Source: Octopus sinensis (lineage: Eukaryota). From it: 64,000 nucleotides of DNA. The stretch covers positions 5,208,001 through 5,272,000 of the forward strand of contig NC_043023.1 in NCBI RefSeq assembly GCF_006345805.1, written 5' to 3'. The translations under genes were made by a program, and so were the position numbers. This document shows, one piece after another, positions 24,592-38,689 of the stretch. The notes beneath the pieces were generated by a model. The model was not told the DNA's origin. It worked only from the letters and a program-made list of their open reading frames with translations, and ran no database searches. Each line of letters opens with the position of its first letter. Within the stretch, counting starts at the first letter, position 1.

Positions 24592-27500
24592 CCCTATTGA
24601 TGCTTCATGTTACCATCCCACGCACCACCGGGCCATGTGCATGTGTGTGCAGCTGGGTAAAGGCACCACAAACCCATTCATCCATTCTCCAGAAGTGCCC
24701 TATTGATGCTTCATGTTACCATCCCACGCCACCGCGGCCATGTGCATGTGTGTGCAGCTGGGTAAAGGCACCACAAACCCATTCATCCATTCTCCAGAAG
24801 TGCCCTATTGATGCTTCATGTACCATCCCACGCACCACCGGGCATGTGCATGTGTGTGCAGCTGGGTAAAGGCACCACAAACCCATTATCCATTCTCCAG
24901 AAGTGCCCTGTTGATGCTTCATGTTACCATCCCACGCACCACCGGGCCATGTGCATGTGGTTGCGCTGGGTAAAGGCACCACAAACCCATTCATCCATCT
25001 CCAGAAGTGCCCTGTTGATGCTTCATGTTACCATCCACGCAACACCGGGCCATGTGCATGTGTGTGCAGCGGGTAAAGGCACCACAAACCCATTCATCCA
25101 TTCTCCAGAAGTGCCTGTTGATGCTTCATGTTACCATCCCACGCACCACCGGGCCATGTGCATGTGTGTGCAGCTGGTAAAGGCACCACAAACCCATTCA
25201 TCCATTCTCCAGAAGTGCCCTGTTGATGCTTCATGTTACCATCCCAACGCACCACTGGGCCATGTGCATGTGTGTGCAGCTGGGTAAAGGCACCACAAAC
25301 TCATTCATCCATTCTCCAGAAGTGCCCTATTGATGCTTCATGTTACCATCCCACGCACCACTGGGCCATGTGCATGTGTGTGCAGCTGGGTAAAGGCACC
25401 ACAAACTCATTCATCCATTCTCCAGAAGTGCCCTGTTGATGCTTCATGTTACCATCCCACGCAACACTGGCCATGTGCATGTGTGTGCAGCTGGGTAAAG
25501 GCACCACAAACCCATTCATCCATTCTCCAGAAGTGCCCTGTTGATGCTTCATGTTACCATCCCACGCACCACTGGGCCATGTGCATGTGTGTGCAGCTGG
25601 GTAAAGGCACCACAAACCCATTCATCCATTCTCCAGAAGTGCCCTGTTGATGCTTCATGTTACCATCCCACGCACCACTGGGCCATGTGCATGGTGTGCA
25701 GCTGGGAAAGGCACCACAAACTCATTCATCCATTTCCAGAAGTGCCCTGTTGATGCTTCATGTTACCATCCCACGCAACACCGGGCATGTGCATGTGTGT
25801 GCAGCTGGGTAAAGGCACCACAAACTCATTCATCCATTCTCCAGAAGTGCCCTGTTGATGCTTCATGTACCATCCCACGCAACACTGGGCCATGTGCATG
25901 TGTGTGCAGCTGGGTAAAAGCACCCACAAACTCATTCATCCATTCTCCAGAAGTGCCGTTGATGCTTCATGTTACCATCCCACGCACCACTGGGCCATGT
26001 GCATGTGTGGTGCAGCTGGGTTAAAGGCACCACAAACTCATTCATCCATTCTCCAGAAGTGCCCTGTTGATGCTTCATGTTACCATCCCACGCAACCACT
26101 GGGCCATGTGCATGTGTGTGCAGCTGGGTAAAGGCACCACAAACTCATTCATCCATTCTCAGAAGTGCCCTGTTGATGCTTCATGTTACCATCCCACTCG
26201 CACCACTGGGCCATGTGCATGTGTGTGCAGCTGGGTTAAAGGCACCACAAACTCATTCATCCATTCTCCAGAAGTGCCCTATTGATGCTTCATGTTACCA
26301 TCCCACGCAACACTGGGCCATGTGCATGTGTGTGCAGCTGGGTAAAGGCACCACAAACTCATTCATCCATTCTCCAGAAGTGCCCTGTTGATGCTTCATG
26401 TTACCATCCCACGCAACACTGGCCATGTGCATGTGTGTGCAGCTGGGTAAAGGCACCACAAACTCATTCATCCATTCTCCAGAAGTGCCCTATTGATGCT
26501 TCATGTTACCATCCCACGCAACACTGGGCCATGTGCATGTGTGTGCAGCTGGGTAAAGGCACCACAAACTCATTCATCCATTCTCCAGAAGTGCCCTGTT
26601 GATGCTTCATGTTACCATCCCACGCAACACTGGGCCATGTGCATGTGTGTGCAGCTGGGTAAAGGCACCACAAACTCATTCATCCATTCTCCAGAAGTGC
26701 CCTGTTGATGCTTCATGTTACCATCCCACGCACCACTGGGCCATGTGCATGTGTGTGCAGCTGGGTAAAGGCACCACAAACTCATTCATCCATTCTCCAG
26801 AAGTGCCCTATTGATGCTTCATGTTACCATCCACGCACACTGGGCCATGTGCATGTGTGTGCAGCTGGGTAAAGGCACCACAAACTCATTCATCCATTCT
26901 CCAGAAGCCCTGTTGATGCTTCATGTTACCATCCCACGCAACACTGGGCCATGTGCATGTGTGTGCAGCTGGGTAAAGGCACCACAAACTCATTCATCCT
27001 TCTCCAGAAGTGCCCTGTTGATGCTTCATGTTACCATCCCACGCACCACTGGGCCATGTGCATGTGTGCAGCTGGGTAAAGGCACCACAAACTCATTCAT
27101 CCATTCTCCAGAAGTGCCCTGTTGATGCTTCATGTTACCATCCCACGCAACACTGGGCCATGTGCATGTGTGTGCAGCTGGGTAAAGGCACCACAAACTC
27201 ATTCATCCATTCTCCAGAAGTGCCCTGTTGATGCTTCATGTTACCATCCCGCACCACTGGGCCATGTGCATGTGTGTGCAGCTGGGTAAAGGCACCACAA
27301 ACTCATTCATCCATTCTCCAGAAGTGCCCTATTGATGCTTCATGTTACCATCCCACGCAACACTGGGCCATGTGCATGTGTGTGCAGCTGGGTAAAGGCA
27401 CCACAAACTCATTCATCATCCATTCTCCAGAAGTGCCCTATTGATGCTTCATGTTACCATCCCACGCACCACTGGGCCATGTGCATGTGTGTGCAGCTGG

Positions 27501-30500
27501 GTAAAGGCACCACAAACTCATTCATCCATTCTCCAGAAGTGCCCTATTGATGCTTCATGTTACCATCCCACGCACCACTGGGCCATGTGCATGTGTGTGC
27601 AGCTGGTAAAGGCACCACAAACTCATTCATCCATTCTCCAGAAGTGCCCTATTGATGCTTCATGTTACCATCCCACGCACCACTGGCCATGTGCATGTGG
27701 TGCAGCTGGGTAAAGGCACCACAAACTCATTCATCCATTCTCCAGAAGTGCCCTATTGATGCTTCATGTTACCATCCCACCGCACCACTGGGCCATGTGC
27801 ATGTGTGTGCAGCTGGGTAAAGGCACCACAACTCATTCATCCATTCTCCAGAAGTGCCCTATTGATGCTTCATGTTACCATCCCACGCACACTGGGCCAT
27901 GTGCATGTGTGTGCAGCTGGGTAAAGGCACCACAACTCATTCATCCATTCTCCAGAAGTGCCCTGTTGATGCTTCATGTTACCATCCCACGCACCACTGG
28001 GCCATGTGCATGTGTGTGCAGCTGGGTAAAGGCACCACAAACCCATTCATCCATTCTCCAAGTGCCCTATTGATGCTTCATGTTACCATCCCACGCACCA
28101 CTGGGCCATGTGCATGTGTGTGCAGCTGGGTAAAGGCACCACAAACCCATTCATCCATTCTCCAGAAGTGCCCTATTGATGCTTCATGTTACCATCCCAC
28201 GCACCACTGGGCCATGTGCATGTGTGTGCAGCTGGGTAAAGGCACCACAAACCCATTCATCCATTCTCCAGAAGTGCCCTATTGATGCTTCATGTTACCA
28301 TCCCACGCACCACTGGGCCATGTGCATGTGTGTGCAGCTGGGTAAAGGCACCACAACCCATCATCCATTCTCCAGAAGTGCCCTATTGATGCTTCATGTT
28401 ACCATCCCACGCACCACTGGGCCATGTGCATGTGTGTGCAGTGTGCTGGTAAAGGCACCACAACTCATTCATCCATTCTCCAGAAGTGCCCTGTTGATGC
28501 TTCATGTTACCATCCCACGCAACACTGGGCCATGTGCATGTGTGTGCAGCTGGGTAAAGGCACCACAAACCCATTCATCATTCTCCCTCCAGAAGTGCCC
28601 TATTGATGCTTCATGTTACCATCCCACGCACCACTGGGCCATGTGCATGTGTGTGCAGCTGGGTAAAGGCACCACAACCCATTCATCCATTCTCCAGAAG
28701 TGCCCTATTGATGCTTCATGTTACCATCCCACGCACCACTGGGCCATGTGCATGTGTGTGCAGCTGGGTAAAGGCACCACAAACTCATTCATCCATTCTC
28801 CAGAAGTGCCCTGTTGATGCTTCATGTTACCATCCCACGCACCACTGGGCCATGTGCATGTGTGTGCAGCTGGGTAAAGGCACCACAAACTCATTCATCC
28901 ATTCTCCAGAAGTGCCCTATTGATGCTTCATGTTACCATCCCACGCACCACTGGGCCATGTGCATGTGTGTGCAGCTGGGTAAAGGCACCACAAACCCAT
29001 TCATCCATTCTCCAGAAGTGCCCTATTGATGCTTCATGTTACCATCCCACGCACCACTGGGCCATGTGCATGTGTGTGCAGCTGGGTAAAGGCACCACAA
29101 ACTCATTCATCCATTCTCCAGAAGTGCCCTGTTGATGCTTCATGTTACCATCCCACGCAACACTGGGCCATGTGCATGTGTGTGCAGCTGGGTAAAGGCA
29201 CCACAAACTCATTCATCCATTCTCCAGAAGTGCCCTGTTGATGCTTCATGTTACCATCCCACGCAACACTGGGCCATGTGCATGTGTGTGCAGCTGGGTA
29301 AAGGCACCACAAACTCATTCATCCATTCTCCAGAAGTGCCCTGTTGATGCTTCATGTTACCATCCCACGCAACCTGGGCCATGTGCATGTGTGGCAGCTG
29401 GGTAAAGGCACCACAAACCATTCATCCATTCTCCAGAAGTGCCCTGTTGATGCTTCATGTTACCATCCCACGCACCACCGGGCCATGTGCATGTGTGTGC
29501 AGCTGGGTAAAGGCACCACAAACTCATTCATCCATTCTCCAGAAGTGCCCTGTTGATGCTTCATGTTACCATCCCACGCAACACTGGGCCATGTGCATGT
29601 GTGTGCAGCTGGGTAAAGGCACCACAAACCCATTCATCCATTCTCCAGAAGTGCCCTGTGATGCTTCATGTTACCATCCCACGCACCACCGGGCCATGTG
29701 CATGTGTGTGCAGCTGGGTAAAGGCACCACAAACCCATTCATCCATTCTCCAGAAGTGCCCTGTTGATGCTTCATGTTACCATCCCACGCACCACCGGGC
29801 CATGTGCATGTGTGTGCAGCTGGGTAAAGGCACCACAAACCCATTCATCCATTCTCCAGAAGTGCCCTGTTGATGCTTCATGTTACCATCCCATGCAACA
29901 CTGGGCCATGTGCATGTGTGTTGCAGCTGGGTAAAGGCACCACAAACCCATTCATCCATTCTCCAGAAGTGCCCTGTTGATGCTTCATGTTACCATCCCA
30001 CGCACCACCGGGCCATGTGCATGTGTGTGCAGCTGGGTAAAGGCACCACAAACCCATTCATCCATTCTCCAGAAGTGCCCTGTTGATGCTTCATGTTACC
30101 ATCCCACGCAACACTGGGCCATGTGCATGTGTGTGCAGCTGGGTAAAGGCACCACAAACTCATTCATCCATTCTCCAGAAGTGCCCTGTTGATGCTTCAT
30201 GTTACCATCCCACGCAACACTGGGCCATGTGCATGTGTGTGCAGCTGGGTAAAGGCACCACAAACTCATTCATCCATTCTCCAGAAGTGCCCTGTTGATG
30301 CTTCATGTTACCATCCCATGCACCACCGGGCCATGTGCATGTGTGTGCAGCTGGGTAAAGGCCACAAACCCATTCATCCATTCTCCAGAAGTGCCCTGTT
30401 GATGCTTCATGTTACCATCCCACGCAACACTGGGCCATGTGCATGTGTGTGCAGCTGGGTAAAGGCACCACAAACTCATTCATCCATTCTCCAGAAGTGC

Positions 30501-33500
30501 CCTGTTGATGCTTCATGTTACCATCCCATGCACCACCGGGCCATGTGCATGTGTGTGCAGCTGGGTAAAGGCACCACAAACTCATTCATCCATTCTCCAG
30601 AAGTGCCCTGTTGATGCTTCATGTTACCATCCCACGCACCACCGGGCCATGTGCATGTGTGTGCAGCTGGGTAAAGGCACCACAAACTCATTCATCCATT
30701 CTCCAGAAGTGCCCTGTTGATGCTTCATGTTACCATCCCACGCAACACTGGGCCATGTGCATGTGTGTGCAGCTGGGTAAAGGCACCACAAACTCATTCA
30801 TCCATTCTCCAGAAGTGCCCTGTTGATGCTTCATGTTACCATCCCATGCACCACCGGGCCATGTGCATGTGTGTGCAGCTGGGTAAAGGCACCACAAACT
30901 CATTCATCCATTCTCCAGAAGTGCCCTGTTGATGCTTCATGTTACCATCCCACGCACCACCGGGCCATGTGCATGTGTGTGCAGCTGGGTAAAGGCACCA
31001 CAAACTCATTCATCCATTCTCCAGAAGTGCCCTGTTGATGCTTCATGTTACCATCCCACGCAACACTGGCCATGTGCATGTGTGTGCAGCTGGGTAAAGG
31101 CACCACAACCATCATTCATCCATTCTCCAGAAGTGCCCTGTTGATGCTTCATGTTACCATCCCACGCAACACTGGGCCATGTGCATGTGTGTGCAGCTGG
31201 GTAAAGGCACCACAAACTCATTCATCCATTCTCCAGAAGTGCCCTGTTGATGCTTCATGTTACCATCCCACGCACCACCGGCCATGTGCATGTGTGTGCA
31301 GCTGGGTAAAGGCACCACAAACCCATTCATCCATTCTCCAGAAGTGCCCTGTTGATGCTTCATGTTACCATCCCACGCACCACCGGGCCATGTGCATGTG
31401 TGTGCAGCTGGGTAAAGGCACCACAAACCCATTCATCCATTCTCCAGAAGTGCCCTGTTGATGCTTCATGTTACCATCCCACGCACCACTGGGCCATGTG
31501 CATGTGTGTGCAGCTGGGTAAAGGCACCACCAAAACCCATTCATCCATTCTCCAGAAGTGCCCTGTTGATGCTTCATGTTACCATCCCATGCACCACCGG
31601 GCCATGTGCATGTGTGTGCAGCTGGGTAAAGGCACCACAAACTCATTCATCCATTCTCCAGAAGTGCCCTGTTGATGCTTCATGTTACCATCCCACGCAA
31701 CACTGGGCCATGTGCATGTGTGTGCAGCTGGGTAAAGGCACCACAAACCCATTCATCCATTCTCCAGAAGTGCCCTGTTGATGCTTCATGTTACCATCCC
31801 ACGCACCACCGGGCCATGTGCATGTGTGTGCAGCTGGGTAAAGGCACCACAAACCCATTCATCCATTCTCCAGAAGTGCCCTGTTGATGCTTCATGTTAC
31901 CATCCCACGCAACACTGGGCCATGTGCATGTGTGTGCAGCTGGGTAAAGGCACCACAAACTCATTCATCCATTCTCCAGAAGTGCCCTGTTGATGCTTCA
32001 TGTTACCATCCCACGCAACACTGGGCCATGTGCATGTGTGTGCAGCTGGGTAAAGGCACCACAAACCCATTCATCCATTCTCCAGAAGTGCCCTGTTGAT
32101 GCTTCATGTTACCATCCCACGCACCACCGGGCCATGTGCATGTGTGTGCAGCTGGGTAAAGGCACCACAAACCCATTCATCCATTCTCCAGAAGTGCCCT
32201 GTTGATGCTTCATGCCCCATCTCCATGCACCACCACCACCCAGGCCATGTGCATGTGTGTGCAGCTGGGTAAAGGCACCACAAACTCATTCATCCATTCT
32301 CCAGAAGTGCCCTGTTGATGCTTCATGTTACCATCCCACGCAACACTGGGCCATGTGCATGTGTGTGCAGCTGGGTAAGGCACCACAACTCATTCATCTA
32401 TTCTCCAGAAGTGCCCTGTTGATGCTTCATGTTACCATCCCACGCAACACTGGGCCATGTGCATGGTGTGCAGCTGGGTAAAGGCACCACAAACTCATTC
32501 ATCTATTCTCCAGAAGTGCCCCCTCTTGATGCTTCATGTTACCATCCCATGCACCACCGGGCCATGTGCATGTGTGTGCAGCTGGGTAAAGGCACCACAA
32601 ACTCATTCATCTATTCTCCAGAAGTGCCCTCTTGATGCTTCATGTTACCATCCCATGCACCACCGGGCCATGTGCATGTGTGTGCAGCTGGGTAAAGGCA
32701 CCACAAACCCATTCATCCATTCTCCAGAAGTGCCCTGTTGATGCTTCATGTTACCATCCCATGCACCACCGGGCCATGTGCATGTGTGTGCAGCTGGGTA
32801 AAGGCACCACAAACTCATTCATCTATTCTCCAGAAGTGCCCTCTTGATGCTTCATGTTACCATCCCATGCACCACCGGGCCATGTGCATGTGTGTGCAGC
32901 TGGGTAAAGGCACCACAAACTCATTCATCTATTCTCCAGAAGTGCCCTCTTGATGCTTCATGTTACCATCCCATGCACCACCGGGCCATGTGCATGTGTG
33001 TGCAGCTGGGTAAAGGCACCACAAACCCATTCATCCATTCTCCAGAAGTGCCCTGTTGATGCTTCATGTTACCATCCCATGCACCACCGGGCCATGTGCA
33101 TGTGTGTGCAGCTGGGTAAAGGCACCACAAACCCATTCATCTATTCTCCAGAAGTGCCCTGTTGATGCTTCATGTTACCATCCCATGCACCACCGGGCCA
33201 TGTGCATGTGTGTGCAGCTGGGTAAAGGCACCACAAACCCATTCATCCATTCTCCAGAAGTGCCCTGTTGATGCTTCATGTTACCATCCCACGCACCACT
33301 GGGCCATGTGCATGTGTGTGCATGGGTAAAGGCACCACAAACCCATTCATCTATTCTCCAGAAGTGCCCTATTGATGCTTCATGTTACCATCCCATGCAC
33401 CACCGGGCCATGTGCATGTGTGTGCAGCTGGGTAAAGGCACCACAAACCCATTCATCCATTCTCCAGAAGTGCCCTGTTGATGCTTCATGTTACCATCCC

Positions 33501-36500
33501 ATGCACCACGGGCCATGTGCATGTGTGTGCAGCTGGGTAAAGGCACCACAAACCCATTCATCTATTCTCCAGAAGTGCCCTGTTGATGCTTCATGTTACC
33601 ATCCCATGCACCACCGGGCCATGTGCATGTGTGTGCAGCTGGGTAAAGGCACCACAAACCCATTCATCCATTCTCCAGAAGTGCCCTGTTGATGCTTCAT
33701 GTTACCATCCCATGCACCACCGGGCCATGTGCATGTGTGTGCAGCTGGGTAAAGGCACCACAAACCCATTCATCTATTCTCCAGAAGTGCCCTATTGATG
33801 CTTCATGTTACCATCCCATGCACCACCGGGCCATGTGCATGTGTGTGCAGCTGGGTAAAGGCACCACAAACCCATTCATCCATTCTCCAGAAGTGCCCTG
33901 TTGATGCTTCATGTTACCATCCCATGCACCACCGGGCCATGTGCATGTGTGTGCAGCTGGGTAAAGGCACCACAAACCCATTCATCTATTCTCCAGAAGT
34001 GCCCTGTTGATGCTTCATGTTACCATCCCATGCACCACCGGGCCATGTGCATGTGTGTGCAGCTGGGTAAAGGCACCACAAACCCATTCATCCATTCTCC
34101 AGAAGTGCCCTGTTGATGCTTCATGTTACCATCCCACGCACCACTGGGCCATGTGCATGTGTGTGCAGCTGGGTAAAGGCACCACAAACCCATTCATCTA
34201 TTCTCCAGAAGTGCCCTGTTGATGCTTCATGTTACCATCCCATGCACCACCGGGCCATGTGCATGTGTGTGCAGCTGGGTAAAGGCACCACAAACTCATT
34301 CATCCATTCTCCAGAAGTGCCCTGTTGATGCTTCATGTTACCATCCCACGCAACACTGGGCCATGTGCATGTGTGTGCAGCTGGGTAAAGGCACCACAAA
34401 CTCATTCATCTATTCTCCAGAAGTGCCCTGTTGATGCTTCATGTTACCATCCCACGCACCACCGGGCCATGTGCATGTGTGTGCAGCTGGGTAAAGGCAC
34501 CACAAACTCATTCATCTATTCTCCAGAAGTGCCCTGTTGATGCTTCATGTTACCATCCCACGCACCACCGGGCCATGTGCATGTGTGTGCAGCTGGGTAA
34601 AGGCACCACAAACTCATTCATCTATTCTCCAGAAGTGCCCTGTTGATGCTTCATGTTACCATCCCATGCACCACCGGGCCATGTGCATGTGTGTGCAGCT
34701 GGGTAAAGGCACCACAAACTCATTCATCTATCTCCAGAAGTGCCCTGTTGATGCTTCATGTTACCATCCCATGCACCACCGGGCCATGTGCATGTGTGTG
34801 CAGCTGGGTAAAGGCACCACAAACTCATTCATCCATTCTCCAGAAGTGCCCTGTTGATGCTTCATGTTACCATCCCATGCATCACCGGGCCATGTGCATG
34901 TGTGTGCAGCTGGGTAAAGGCACCACAAACCCATTCATCCATTCTCCAGAAGTGCCTGTTGATGCTTCATGTTACCATCCCACGCAACACTGGGCCATGT
35001 GCATGTGTGGCAGCTGGGTTAAAGGCACCACAAACTCATTCATCTATTCTCCAGAAGTGCCCTGTTGATGCTTCATGTTACCATCCCACGCACCACCGGG
35101 CCATGTGCATGTGTGTGCAGCTGGGTAAAGGCACCACAAACTCATTCATCTATTCTCCAGAAGTGCCTGTTGATGCTTCATGTTACCATCCCATGCACCA
35201 CCGGGCCATGTGCATGTGTGTGCAGCTGGGTAAAGGCACCACAAACTCATTCATCTATTCTCCAGAAGTGCCCTGTTGATGCTTCATGTTACCATCCCAT
35301 GCACCACCGGGCCATGTGCATGTGTGTGCAGCTGGGTAAAGGCACCACAAACTCATTCATCCATTCTCCAGAAGTGCCCTGTTGATGCTTCATGTTACCA
35401 TCCCACGCACCACCGGGCCATGTGCATGTGTGTGCAGCTGGTAAAGGCACCACAAAACTCATCATCCATTCTCCAGAAGTGCCCTGTTGATGCTTCATGT
35501 TACCATCCCACGCACCACCGGCCATGTGCATGTGTGTGCAGCTGGTAAAGGCACCACAAAATCATTCATCCATTCTCCAGAAGTGCCCTATTGATGCTTC
35601 ATGTTACCATCCCACGCAACACTGGGCCATGTGCATGTGTGTGCAGCTGGGTAAAGGCACCACAAACTCATTCATCTATTCTCCAGAAGTGCCCTGTTGA
35701 TGCTTCATGTTACCATCCCACGCACCACGGGCCATGTGCATGTGTGTGCAGCTGGGTAAAGGCACCACAAACCCATTCATCCATTCTCCAGAAGTGCCCT
35801 GTTGATGCTTCATGTTACCATCCCACGCACCACCGGGCCATGTGCATGTGTGTGTGCAGCTGGGTAAAGGCACCACAAACCCATTCATCCATTCTCCAGA
35901 AGTGCCCTGTTGATGCTTCATGTTACCATCCCACGCACCACCGGGCCATGTGCATGTGTGTGCAGCTGGTAAAGGCACCACAAACCCATTCATCCATTCT
36001 CCAGAAGTGCCCTGTTGATGCTTCATGTTACCATCCCACGCACCACCGGGCCATGTGCATGTGTGTGCAGCTGGGTAAAGGCACCACAAACCCATTCATC
36101 CATTCTCCAGAAGTGCCCTGTTGATGCTTCATGTTACCATCCCACGCACCACCGGGCCATGTGCATGTGTGTGCAGCTGGGTAAAGGCACCACAAACCCA
36201 TTCATCCATTCTCCAGAAGTGCCCTGTTGATGCTTCATGTTACCATCCCACGCACCACCGGGCCATGTGCATGTGTGTGCAGCTGGGTAAAGGCACCACA
36301 AACCCATTCATCCATTCTCCAGAAGTGCCCTGTTGATGCTTCATGTTACCATCCCACGCACCACTGGGCCATGTGCATGTGTGTGCAGCTGGGTAAAGGC
36401 ACCACAAACTCATTCATCCATTCTCCAGAAGTGCCCTGTTGATGCTTCATGTTACCATCCCACGCACCACTGGGCCATGTGCATGTGTGTGCAGCTGGGG

Positions 36501-37929
36501 TAAAGCACCACAAACCCATTCATCCATTCTCCAGAAGTGCCCTGTTGATGCTTCATGTTACCATCCCACGCACCACCGGGCCATGTGCATGTGTGTGCAC
36601 TGGGTAAAGGCACACAAACCCATTCATCCATTCTCCAGAAGTGCCCTGTTGATGCTTCATGTTACCATCCACGCACCACCGGGCCATGTGCATGTGTGTG
36701 CAGCTGGGTAAAGGCACCACAAACCCATTCATCCATTCTCCAGAAGTGCCCTGTTGATGCTTCATGTTACCATCCCACGCACCACTGGGCCATGTGCATG
36801 TGTGTGCAGCTGGGTAAAGGCACCACAAACTCATTCATCCATTCTCCAGAAGTGCCCTGTTGATGCTTCATGTTACCATCCCACGCACCACTGGGCCATG
36901 TGCATGTGTGTGCAGCTGGGTAAAGGCACCACAAACCCATTCATCCATTCTCCAGAAGTGCCCTGTTGATGCTTCATGTTACCATCCCACGCACCACCGG
37001 GCCATGTGCATGTGTGTGCAGCTGGGTAAAGGCACCACAAACCCATTCATCCATTCTCCAGAAGTGCCCTGTTGATGCTTCATGTTACCATCCCACGCAC
37101 CACTGGGCCATGTGCATGTGTGTGCAGCTGGGTAAAGGCACCACAAACTCATTCATCCATTCTCCAGAAGTGCCCTGTTGATGCTTCATGTTACCATCCC
37201 ACGCACCACTGGGCCATGTGCATGTGTGTGCAGCTGGGTAAAGGCACCACAAACCCATTCATCCATTCTCCAGAAGTGCCCTGTTGATGCTTCATGTTAC
37301 CATCCCACGCACCACCGGGCCATGTGCATGTGTGTGCAGCTGGGTAAAGGCACCACAAACCCATTCATCCATTCTCCAGAAGTGCCCTGTTGATGCTTCA
37401 TGTTACCATCCCACGCACCACCGGGCCATGTGCATGTGTGTGCAGCTGGGTAAAGGCACCACAAACCCATTCATCCATTCTCCAGAAGTGCCCTGTTGAT
37501 GCTTCATGTTACCATCCCACGCACCACTGGGCCATGTGCATGTGTGTGCAGCTGGGTAAAGGCACCACAAACTCATTCATCCATTCTCCAGAAGTGCCCT
37601 GTTGATGCTTCATGTTACCATCCCACGCACCACCGGGCCATGTGCATGTGTGTGCAGCTGGGTAAAGGCACCACAAACCATTCATCCATTCTCCAGAAGT
37701 GCCCTGTTGATGCTTCATGTTACCATCCCATGCAACACTGGGCCATGTGCATGTGTGTGCAGCTGGGTAAAGGCACCACAAACCCATTCATCCATTCTCC
37801 AGAAGTGCCCTGTTGATGCTTCATGTTACCATCCCACGCACCACCGGGCCATGTGCATGTGTGTGCAGCTGGGTAAAGGCACCACAAACCCATTCATCCA
37901 TTCTCCAGAAGTGCCCTGTTGATGCTTCA
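24592..37929. repeat. 106-bp tandem satellite, ~126 copies (~13.3 kb)
   Basis: Unit GATGCTTCATGTTACCATCCCACGCACCACTGGGCCATGTGCATGTGTGTGCAGCTGGGTAAAGGCACCACAAACCCATTCATCCATTCTCCAGAAGTGCCCTGTT; ORF starts recur every 106 bp. Confidence 0.98.
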
Positions 37930-38689
37930 CGTTTCCAATCCTGTGCAACCCAGCATGGCCCCACAGCATGTCTGCTTTCTATGTCCTCCATGTCTGAACT
38001 ATAGTTCATATAGAAAAACAAACTGCTGTTGTGACTCACTGCCATTTGAGTTTGACCGTGTGACCACTTCCGGAAGCTGCACTTGCTACCTGAAATTAGT
38101 CCCCTCCATGTTTCCTCCCCTGTTTAGTTGGACGAGTAAATACAGGGTGCCCCAGAATTAATGATGATTTGAGTGAAATCGGATACATTTTTTCTAAAAC
38201 TCACTTTTATTTATGTTGATCATGATCAATATGTGTTAAAAGTGTAAAAATTTTGAATTTTGTTTATAATTTTATTTTCATTCATGAAAATAACAATGAC
38301 ATATATATATATATATATATATATATACAAAATAAGAAAATGGAGGAATACACCTTAATCAATAATCAGCAACCAGATAATATCCATTCACATAATTTAT
38401 TAACCAACTACATATGAACATCAAGATCAAACACAATAATACAGAACAAAACAGTGCACACCAATGAGTAATATGATACAATAAGTACAATACGTATAAA
38501 TAAATATAAATATAAATATAAACTATATCTTACAGCTGTATCAGCCATGTAGATATGGGTATCTCATTATGCTCATATTAACCAGGTGTGATAAGTTAAT
38601 ATGTGGTTATAAATGAGACACTTACATATATATCCCAAGGCCTCTATATATATGCTGATCTCTAACAGTAGAAGTAACCTGTAGTAAAG

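Noticed and set aside
24592-37929. CRISPR array or repeat-protein gene from the many Cys/His-rich ORFs
   Set aside because: Units are full-length identical with no unique spacers; 106 is not a multiple of 3 and each frame hits a stop; eukaryotic context
24592-37929. Each monomer has GG|GTAAAG and ttctccAG, suggesting an exon array
   Set aside because: Implied intron is only 36 nt and exon 70 nt (frame-shifting); no supporting gene on the plus strand
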